The notes under the pieces are model-generated. The model made no database searches. It saw nothing but the letters and a program-made list of their open reading frames with translations, and was not told where the DNA came from. Source: Escherichia phage A51.2. Taken from it: a stretch of DNA of 64,000 nt. The translations under genes and the position numbers were made by a program. The first letter of the stretch is position 1, and each line of letters starts with the position of its first letter. Of this stretch, positions 45,333 through 52,760 are shown piece by piece. The DNA lies in sequence record ON286973; one strand, given 5' to 3'.

Positions 45333-45564
45333 CCTCCTTTGGGAACTTGAACTCTGGCATAGCCATATACGCTACAACAGGGTTGTGATCAAAGTAGAAC
45401 TGACCGTTAATTATCCCGGTTTTGTCCACATAGTTACCAGATCCTGCAAGAACAACCTCGCAAGCTCCGAAATCTACATTGCCATCCTCATCAGCCATGG
45501 CTACGATATACTTTCCAAGAGGCATGTTTTTAACGCCGTCTACAAATGTCCACCCTTTGCTCAT
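45319..45564 (-). CDS. hypothetical protein
   Basis: 81-aa ORF. Confidence 0.4.
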   Translation of the reverse strand: MSKGWTFVDGVKNMPLGKYIVAMADEDGNVDFGACEVVLAGSGNYVDKTGIINGQFYFDHNPVVAYMAMPEFKFPKEGADV

Positions 45565-45584
45565 ACTTTATCTCCTGCGCTTTC

Positions 45585-45917
45585 TTAAGGTAACCAGTAA
45601 ACAATCTCGCCTTTCAGCTTCATGTCGTTTCCAACATAAATTTCCCAGCCATCCATCTTAGCAACTGTAGGCCCAAAGTCATCCGCACCCCTTACCTCTT
45701 TCCAGGCTCCGTAGTCAGGTTGCCAGATATAGAATCCACCTTCTTTGTCCCATGCTCCGTACACTACGTTTAACAGGTTTCCCATTGCAACAATGGTGGG
45801 CCGTGGGAATAATACATCTACAGATGCGCCACAATTTCGAGTATCTTTTAAGTTGCAATCCCAAAAGATGTCTGCCAGTGTGGCGGCGATAGCTTTACGT
45901 CTTTCCAATGTTACCAT
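45585..45917 (-). CDS. hypothetical protein
   Basis: 110-aa ORF. Confidence 0.45.
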   Translation of the reverse strand: MVTLERRKAIAATLADIFWDCNLKDTRNCGASVDVLFPRPTIVAMGNLLNVVYGAWDKEGGFYIWQPDYGAWKEVRGADDFGPTVAKMDGWEIYVGNDMKLKGEIVYWLP

Positions 45918-45927
45918 GGCACGATAC

Positions 45928-46119
45928 TCACTTGTTGTTAATAAGTTCTAAAACTTTCTGTCTTACTTTGTCAAGGTCTGTTGATTCAAAAACTGTGCGA
46001 TATCCCCAACTTTGCCCATAAGAGTGACTGCAATCCCCGTAGCACCATTGCTCAATTTGATAGTATTCAAGGAACGGGTGCTGTCTAACTATGATACCAT
46101 CCCGGTTAAAAATTACCAT
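45928..46119 (-). CDS. hypothetical protein
   Basis: 63-aa ORF. Confidence 0.4.
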   Translation of the reverse strand: MVIFNRDGIIVRQHPFLEYYQIEQWCYGDCSHSYGQSWGYRTVFESTDLDKVRQKVLELINNK

Positions 46120-46182
46120 AATACATCACTCTCTGTTAGTTTATGCATATATTATACACTGCAGTTTTCAGATGTCAATCTT

Positions 46183-46377
46183 TTACAGGTTACTCCAGTA
46201 TAATCGGCATTTACATTTTGGGCAATGAGGTTCTTTTATGTAATAACCATCAGTCTTTGGAACACTTTTTGGTGCAGTTTTAAGATTGTACCTGGTAAAA
46301 CATCGGAAGCAGGTTACCTCTCCAACCTGTTGATCGTTGATCCACTCACCAGAGTAAAGCTCTTTCTTGTTTCTCAT
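46183..46377 (-). CDS. small zinc-ribbon protein
   Basis: ATG 46377 after GGGAGAG; CFRC...CPKCKC. Confidence 0.4.
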   Translation of the reverse strand: MRNKKELYSGEWINDQQVGEVTCFRCFTRYNLKTAPKSVPKTDGYYIKEPHCPKCKCRLYWSNL

Positions 46378-46628
46378 AATTCTCTCCCAAATCCTCTGCA
46401 ATCTTATACCAAAATCTCCAGCCAGAAAGCACACGGGAACACTTTGAGGATTGAATCTTTACTTGGCTCGGAAGTTCTTTTTCCGTATGGTAGGTAGAAA
46501 TACCCTCCTGCAGATTCGAATATAGCTCCTTCGGTTGTATCTACCACAGCAAGAATTAAGATTTTAGTCTCCACAGTGCTCTCCTCTCTTAGTTGTTGTG
46601 GAGACTATATCACCTCAGAAGATGGTCG

Positions 46629-47087
46629 TCAACACTTTTTGTACTCTACTACAACCACATCAATATCTGTGGTTGCAAGATTAATTACATCTTCTACATG
46701 TTCCCACTTTAGACCGCCAATACCGCATCCAATTTTAGGAATGTAGAACGGCAATGACACACCTTTGAATACCTCGTTGACTCGCTCAAAACCTTTCATG
46801 ATTGAGAAGTATTCAGCATTGGGCCCTGGGTAGAACTGGGTATACAGGTTGATTCCATATACGACCCTGTTCTTGGCAAAATGCTCCCAACAAGAAAACA
46901 TACCCAGCTTGTCTAGATTACCATAAGCAGTTTCTTTGTCGGCTGCCAGTGCTTGAGGGAACTCACGGGCAATATCTTTCGCTATACCTGCACCCATTGT
47001 GTGAAAGCAGTTACAACCGTGGATCATGTGGCCTGACCCTTTCTTGAAAATGGAGATTAGATCTCCACCTACAGTATCAATAATCAC
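46629..47087 (-). CDS. macrodomain protein, TARG1/DarG-like (ADP-ribose hydrolase family)
   Basis: IHGCNCFHTMGAGIAKDI resembles TARG1-type AHCISEDCRMGAGIA motif; probable GTG start at 47087 after GGAAGAGGAG. Confidence 0.6.
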   Translation of the reverse strand: MIIDTVGGDLISIFKKGSGHMIHGCNCFHTMGAGIAKDIAREFPQALAADKETAYGNLDKLGMFSCWEHFAKNRVVYGINLYTQFYPGPNAEYFSIMKGFERVNEVFKGVSLPFYIPKIGCGIGGLKWEHVEDVINLATTDIDVVVVEYKKC

Positions 47088-47502
47088 GGTATGCCAGCTC
47101 CTCTTCCGCAATTTCAAAAAACTCAGTCCAGCACTGTGGCATATTGGAGTTGCCGAAGTGGCTTTCATAGTAAAGGTTCTCACCACTTGGAAGATAGAAA
47201 TCTGTTACCTCATAGAATCCACAATCGTCGCACTCACCTTCTTCAAACTTGGCCTCAACCTTAATACCGAGGAAGGTGAAAAGTTTATGGATATCTTCAG
47301 TTTCGAACTCCCAGTGAATGTTGTTTTCCGCATCGGTGTAGAACTGGATCAGCAGACCCTTGTCCAGTTTACCAAAATACTCTGTGAAGTAACTTCCTTC
47401 CCAGAAATCTTTATGACAAATAATATCCATGCGTTTGCCCATAATAATGGTGTGAGCGTTTTGGGCATCGTCACGAATCAGTTTTGGCATTTCATAGATC
47501 AT
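47077..47502 (-). CDS. hypothetical protein
   Basis: 141-aa ORF. Confidence 0.45.
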   Translation of the reverse strand: MIYEMPKLIRDDAQNAHTIIMGKRMDIICHKDFWEGSYFTEYFGKLDKGLLIQFYTDAENNIHWEFETEDIHKLFTFLGIKVEAKFEEGECDDCGFYEVTDFYLPSGENLYYESHFGNSNMPQCWTEFFEIAEEELAYRDY

Positions 47503-47570
47503 CTTAGTTCTCCTGGTTCAACAGGTGGTGGCGCTACAGGAAGATCATAAAACATAGCTATCACAGTCTC

Positions 47571-47768
47571 TTACACAGGAATTGCTTCAAACAGGCCGTT
47601 ATCTATACCGTCCTTCAGATAGAGATTATATTCTATGTCGGTATCTGTGTAAAGGGCAGCATCCAGCATTCTATCTGTGAGTCCATCCATTGGGTGGATA
47701 AACCACCACCCACGCCAGTCAAAGTAACAGCCTGGTGCATCTTCTCTTACACGGATTCGATAAATCAT
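47571..47768 (-). CDS. hypothetical protein
   Basis: 65-aa ORF. Confidence 0.4.
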   Translation of the reverse strand: MIYRIRVREDAPGCYFDWRGWWFIHPMDGLTDRMLDAALYTDTDIEYNLYLKDGIDNGLFEAIPV

Positions 47769-47864
47769 GGGCAGTGGCCTCCTGTTAGTTATACATCCCA
47801 GTTTTCTTCGTTCATCACGTCCTCCCGTTCTATGAAGTTATAATTGCACACCTTTCAATCTGTG

Positions 47865-48281
47865 TCAACAGAAAACTTCAACAAATTCTTCCACAGTTTT
47901 AATGTCGTGGGAAAAAGGTTTACGGCTATAACGGGCAATAGCACTATCAACCACCGCCCGGTACTCCAAATCTTCAGAATATTTCATGAAGCATTGTAGC
48001 GTCTCTGGACAGATAGCTAAATAGCTCCACCACCCCTCTTCAGATTGGTAGTCGAATCCCATACTATCCAACCATGAAGCATATACGCCTGCACCCTCAA
48101 GCCAGTGAGTATTTTCATCCAGAAACTTGTTAATAGACATGTGAGCTTCTAAGCATTTATCCAGCTCTTTTCCGTTAACCAGCCACGCACTGACCGTGGC
48201 GCATCCAAGGTCTACAGATTGAGTTGACAGGTTGTATTGGTCATAGTTCTCAGGCTTAACAATGATATCTTCTAATGTCAT
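47865..48281 (-). CDS. hypothetical protein
   Basis: 138-aa ORF. Confidence 0.45.
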   Translation of the reverse strand: MTLEDIIVKPENYDQYNLSTQSVDLGCATVSAWLVNGKELDKCLEAHMSINKFLDENTHWLEGAGVYASWLDSMGFDYQSEEGWWSYLAICPETLQCFMKYSEDLEYRAVVDSAIARYSRKPFSHDIKTVEEFVEVFC

Positions 48282-48343
48282 TTTTCAGATCTCCTTATAC
48301 AAAAATGCCCCACCCTTTCGGGCAGGGCTATGTTAACTAGATG

Positions 48344-49570
48344 TTAAAAAGGGATGTCATCATCAAAGGTATACTGTGCTGGATTCTGATCCATTGGGTC
48401 ATCTTCCTCATCATTTACAGGAGGAGCGTCTACAGTGTTTTGCTGTGGAGCTGCTTCCTGTTTGGCAGCCTGGGGTTCTTGATAGTCAGTTGACCCAGCA
48501 CCGTTCTTGATCCAATCGTACAACGGTTCAGCCAGATTAGTCAAGACATCTTTTGCTTCTGCAGTAATTGCCGCTGCAAAATCATCAACTTTCGTTTTCT
48601 TGTCAATACGGCGACAAGCGTTCAACACCGCATTACCGACACTGGCACCTACTTCATCTTCAGTTCGGTTGGTGGCTTGAGCATACTCTTTCTTAAGCTC
48701 AATGGTGACTACGTGCAGTGTTTTAGCCACGCCCAGTGGGTCGTCTACCTTAAACCCGCGATCCAGGATGATCTGCAACGCATTGATGCTATGCCCCGTT
48801 TCCACACCGATAGGGTCGTAAGAGGATTTACGCTTGCCACCGGAGCCTTGAGTGCCGTTCTCTGCCTTAGGGGGATAGGCTTTGAAACCGCTGATAATGT
48901 TTCCGGTGTCTTTGTCAACAATGGCTGCAACACGACCACCTACCACCAGGTCTTTAAGCTGCTCATCAGTTACAACCATAGCACCTTCGCCAATCTTGTG
49001 GTCATTAACAGTAACCACGTTGCCAACAATCTGAGTCACATCGCCATAGATGCGTAAAACGTCCTGATTGGCATTCTGCTGAGGTTTCTGCTTCTGGCCT
49101 TGTGATTGTGCACCTTGTTGCTGTTTTTGCTGCTGAGTCGCTGCTGGAGCCTCTCCTGCACCCAGCTTGACCATCTTAGCCAGTGAGCCTTTGTAATAGG
49201 TCTTACCGTTATGCTCGTTTGCCTTCAAAGGGATATTTACGATCCATCCCGGCGTTACGGTTTCCCACTTGTCATCAATTTTAACAGAGACAGAGTCTTG
49301 ATGACCAGGTTTAAGCAGCTTATCACCCATGCTGATCCAAACTTCTTCACCACCTTGAAGCAGGTTATCAGAGGAATCCAGTTCAGAAATCAGTAAAGAG
49401 ATGGTGTGGCTGGATTCAATTTTCTTACCTTGCCACACAGTGGTTTTAATACCTGTTGTAGGATCAGCACCTTTGATAGGCTTGATGCTGACACGTTTAA
49501 TCATGCCGTGAGCCAGTAAAACAGTTTCACGCGGATTCATCGGGTTAGCGAATTGTTGAATAACGCTCAT
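48344..49570 (-). CDS. putative ssDNA-binding-type replication protein with host-SSB-like C-terminal tail
   Basis: 408 aa; Gln-rich linker; C-terminus ends DDDIPF (E. coli SSB ends DFDDDIPF); N-terminal fold not recognised. Confidence 0.55.
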   Translation of the reverse strand: MSVIQQFANPMNPRETVLLAHGMIKRVSIKPIKGADPTTGIKTTVWQGKKIESSHTISLLISELDSSDNLLQGGEEVWISMGDKLLKPGHQDSVSVKIDDKWETVTPGWIVNIPLKANEHNGKTYYKGSLAKMVKLGAGEAPAATQQQKQQQGAQSQGQKQKPQQNANQDVLRIYGDVTQIVGNVVTVNDHKIGEGAMVVTDEQLKDLVVGGRVAAIVDKDTGNIISGFKAYPPKAENGTQGSGGKRKSSYDPIGVETGHSINALQIILDRGFKVDDPLGVAKTLHVVTIELKKEYAQATNRTEDEVGASVGNAVLNACRRIDKKTKVDDFAAAITAEAKDVLTNLAEPLYDWIKNGAGSTDYQEPQAAKQEAAPQQNTVDAPPVNDEEDDPMDQNPAQYTFDDDIPF

Positions 49571-49935
49571 TATTTGTCTCCTTGTTCTTCGTTAGTGTTT
49601 GCCGTGTGTGCAAACCCTGCTTGAATTAATTTGTCCTGAACTTGAGCCAACAGCCCCATTGCAAAACTTGTGGTCCCAGAGAGGGCCATCAGCATATCTC
49701 GTTGTTGAGCTACCCAACCTAAGGCATAGTCCAAACGACGATATTTTTCTTCTTCACGCAGAGCTTGAAATAATTGTTCAGCCTCTGGTTGTTGTGTGAG
49801 CTCCTGAAGTCTTCCCATGAAAGAAGAAAGCACTAGCAGAAGAGACACTTGATCTTTACTTAACCCTAAGAAAAATTCTTGAGGTTGTTCTTGCTCGTTC
49901 ATCGCAACCGACGCTTGATCGTTCATTTGTTCCAT
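49570..49935 (-). CDS. hypothetical protein
   Basis: 121-aa ORF abutting the SSB-tail gene. Confidence 0.45.
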   Translation of the reverse strand: MEQMNDQASVAMNEQEQPQEFFLGLSKDQVSLLLVLSSFMGRLQELTQQPEAEQLFQALREEEKYRRLDYALGWVAQQRDMLMALSGTTSFAMGLLAQVQDKLIQAGFAHTANTNEEQGDK

Positions 49936-50018
49936 TATGGAATCTCCGATTTTATTTGAACAACATAGAAGGAGACACTATTTTAGCATCCCCTTCTGCA
50001 AATTACAATAGGTATTTG

Positions 50019-50264
50019 TTAGCCAATCACTTCGAAAGTTCCCCAATTCCCGTCCAGCAGGCAGGTGATCGGATCCCCATCGTCGTCAAAGATTTCAAAG
50101 TTTTCAGCATCCAGGATGTGGCCCTCAAACACAATACTTTCGTCGCCACCACCAGAAATAACAGCGTATTCCTTACCTTGAGTCAAGTTTTGACACCCTT
50201 TGCCACCAAAACCTACTTCAACACAACGTACTTTCTGTCCTGCGCGAGCAACTACTTCAGTCAT
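50019..50264 (-). CDS. hypothetical protein
   Basis: 81-aa ORF. Confidence 0.4.
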   Translation of the reverse strand: MTEVVARAGQKVRCVEVGFGGKGCQNLTQGKEYAVISGGGDESIVFEGHILDAENFEIFDDDGDPITCLLDGNWGTFEVIG

Positions 50265-50281
50265 CTTAAGGTCTCCTGATA

Positions 50282-50602
50282 TTAATCGTCAAGTTCAAAA
50301 TAGATTTTAACAGCTTCATCAAAGATTGGAATCCCGATGTTGTTAATAAGCTGCCAAACTACCATATCTTTACCTGGGTCGGGGAGAATGTCAACCTTTC
50401 TCCATGCGCTGTATATCCAGTTCGGACCACCTTCTGCACTAACTGGCAGATTTTCACCAGCCTCCTGCAGATACTTATACAGCAAAAGATATTCTGGATA
50501 CTCTAGAACACTGTCCTCTGTAGTATATAGCAGTTCACGGTATACTTTTAAGAACCCTGCGGGGGTGATGTTTTCAGTCTTCATTTGCTGCTTCTCCTGC
50601 AT
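50282..50602 (-). CDS. hypothetical protein
   Basis: 106-aa ORF, start uncertain. Confidence 0.4.
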   Translation of the reverse strand: MQEKQQMKTENITPAGFLKVYRELLYTTEDSVLEYPEYLLLYKYLQEAGENLPVSAEGGPNWIYSAWRKVDILPDPGKDMVVWQLINNIGIPIFDEAVKIYFELDD

Positions 50603-50966
50603 TCATCAGATCTGCCATAGCGTCACCCACGAAGAGAACAACCACATCGTTGACAGCGTCAGCATCATCTTTGTTGACGTTGCTGAATTTAGGACACACA
50701 GCAATGATCATATAGACACCGTTACCAACTTGAACTGTCCGTGTGGTGCACATCATGGCGGTATTTGTGCCTTCTTTGAAGGCGAAGCCTTGAAGACGCT
50801 CCTCTAAAGTGTTACCGGTAGATTTCAGAAGCGCCAGCTCGTCCAAGGCATAGATGATATCTCCGGAAGTTAGTGTTGCCTTGCCATCAGACACCATAAT
50901 CACTCCATCAGCACCATCAAGCTTAGAGGCTTCAAAGATATCGATATCCCAAATATTTTTCATCAC
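50574..50966 (-). CDS. hypothetical acidic protein
   Basis: 130-aa ORF. Confidence 0.4.
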   Translation of the reverse strand: MMKNIWDIDIFEASKLDGADGVIMVSDGKATLTSGDIIYALDELALLKSTGNTLEERLQGFAFKEGTNTAMMCTTRTVQVGNGVYMIIAVCPKFSNVNKDDADAVNDVVVLFVGDAMADLMNAGEAANED

Positions 50967-51235
50967 GCTTCCTCATCATCTAAGTAATCATCAAGAGAGG
51001 TGAAGATTTCACCGAAGTATTCTAAGATTTCTAGCTCACGTGTGGTGCAGCAAACATAATCGCCTTGGTCGTCCTTAATAGTGGCCTCTTTACCCAGAAT
51101 ATCTACTTCAAGTTCATCGTTCAACAGGACGGCCCCTGTGTAAACTTTGTCAGCTGTGCAGTCCCGAAAAGCAGAGTCCTTCTCCAGATAGTCTGGCTTA
51201 ACCTTGGCTTTAATTCGTTGATATTGTTTGGTCAT
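50963..51235 (-). CDS. hypothetical protein, paralogue of 51299..51553
   Basis: ATG 51235 after AAAGGGGA; shares KP.Y.E.D.AF.DCT and KDD.GD...CT motifs. Confidence 0.4.
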   Translation of the reverse strand: MTKQYQRIKAKVKPDYLEKDSAFRDCTADKVYTGAVLLNDELEVDILGKEATIKDDQGDYVCCTTRELEILEYFGEIFTSLDDYLDDEEA

Positions 51236-51298
51236 TGCTGTGGTCCCCTTTCGTTTTGATAGGGCCATTATAGTAGGCCCTATGACTGTTGTCAAGCA

Positions 51299-51553
51299 TT
51301 AATGTTCAGGTTTTACAAAAACTACTTCATTAACAGTGCACCAGACAGAGTCTCCTTCATCATCTTTAAAGGTAAGGCACTGTGCTGAGTTTTCCAACTC
51401 ATCAAGCTCTTCCTGTGATAGAGGAGCTCCTTCTTCCAGAAGGGCTTTTACCAAAGGGTTCTCACAAAACTCTGCTTCATAAATTGCACCGATTGTGCAA
51501 TCTTTAAAAGCTCGGTCATTTTCAACGCATTCTGGCTTCAGAGTAATTTTCAT
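51299..51553 (-). CDS. hypothetical protein, paralogue of 50963..51235
   Basis: 84-aa ORF, RBS AAGGAGA. Confidence 0.45.
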   Translation of the reverse strand: MKITLKPECVENDRAFKDCTIGAIYEAEFCENPLVKALLEEGAPLSQEELDELENSAQCLTFKDDEGDSVWCTVNEVVFVKPEH

Positions 51554-51629
51554 CTTAGCGGTCTCCTTAAGTGTTAAACAATCAACGCTCTGTTTGTGTG
51601 AAGCATCTTATATCTAATCTTACTTCCTG

Positions 51630-52028
51630 TCAACGACTATTTTCGATCATCCACCAAGGATCAAGATAAGTTTGTTGACTTTTTGCCCACTGACAAACTT
51701 CATTGTACATCTGAACCTCGTTGTCCGTCAATTCACGAATAGGTTCATCTATACCCTCATTTTTATGGTAATCCCATTCTGCGTCTATCTCCCACAGCCA
51801 TGACTTGTTGTCACCACGCTTACGCACACAAAAATCACCAGGGCGGCCTGCCAGTGCATTTAAGAACTCGTTCTCCGCTCGCTCCTGGAGAATACTAAGG
51901 AGCAAAACGTTGGAGCATGACCGTAAAATATGCTTCAGCTCACAATCATCAATCTCAACTTCAATACGTTGTTTGACTGTGTGGGTACCTTTTACTAACA
52001 TCCTGCCTCCTCTAAACGAACTCTGCAA
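51630..52028 (-). CDS. hypothetical protein
   Basis: 132-aa ORF. Confidence 0.45.
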   Translation of the reverse strand: MQSSFRGGRMLVKGTHTVKQRIEVEIDDCELKHILRSCSNVLLLSILQERAENEFLNALAGRPGDFCVRKRGDNKSWLWEIDAEWDYHKNEGIDEPIRELTDNEVQMYNEVCQWAKSQQTYLDPWWMIENSR

Positions 52029-52206
52029 GAGTTGTGTTGTTCACTGCACCGCAGTAAATGGAGTATCCCAGCCCATTAGAGTGCAGAAACCACGGCGTGC
52101 CGAAATTATCTTTCACGTAGACATCACCGTTGTTTGTAAAGGGCCAATATTCTTCACCAAGGGTAAAATACCTATTCATACCTTCAGCAAGATACTTTAC
52201 TTTCAT
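52012..52206 (-). CDS. hypothetical protein, three-member paralogue family
   Basis: Shares (F/Y)F..G..Y......KD..G..W(Y/F)...... pattern with next two genes. Confidence 0.4.
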   Translation of the reverse strand: MKVKYLAEGMNRYFTLGEEYWPFTNNGDVYVKDNFGTPWFLHSNGLGYSIYCGAVNNTTLAEFV

Positions 52207-52430
52207 AGGTCCTCTTCAACAACTACAAACTTGGCAAGCAAAGTGGTTCCGTAGATATGATACTCACCGTTTGCCAGGTGAGAGATATACCAGGCAACCC
52301 CTTCCTCGTCTTTAATCATTTTGTTTGCACGAGCTTTATCGTAATAAACCTCGTAGGTCTTTCCTTCTTTAAAGAATGACAGGTCTGTCATCTTTTCTTC
52401 TACAAAGGTAGCTTTAACCAAAGTCGTCAT
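52203..52430 (-). CDS. hypothetical protein, three-member paralogue family
   Basis: FFKEGKTYEV...IKDEEGVAWYI. Confidence 0.4.
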   Translation of the reverse strand: MTTLVKATFVEEKMTDLSFFKEGKTYEVYYDKARANKMIKDEEGVAWYISHLANGEYHIYGTTLLAKFVVVEEDL

Positions 52431-52711
52431 TGATCGGTCTCCTTCTTGTTAAGTCTGAATACTGCAATAATAGCATTCCCAAGGTGCAGTGTCAAGTCAT
52501 TTCCAAGATACCACAGCATCCCACGGTCATCTTTAATGAAAGGGTAACAATCTGGTGCCTTCCAGACATTGTACACTTTCCCAACCTGAAAGAAATCAGG
52601 CCCTGTTGGGATTTTGGTGCCAGGCCACACTTGAGATACCTGAACACACTCCACCTGCATAATAACAGGAATGGTCATGGATGTAAATGTTTTTGTTGGC
52701 TCTACTACCAT
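52427..52711 (-). CDS. hypothetical protein, three-member paralogue family
   Basis: ATG 52711 after AAGAGGAG; FFQVGKVYNV...IKDDRGMLWYL. Confidence 0.45.
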   Translation of the reverse strand: MVVEPTKTFTSMTIPVIMQVECVQVSQVWPGTKIPTGPDFFQVGKVYNVWKAPDCYPFIKDDRGMLWYLGNDLTLHLGNAIIAVFRLNKKETDQ

Positions 52712-52760
52712 AAAAGTCTCCTCTTTGCTCAACAGCACCTCCCTGTGCTGATAGTTTACA

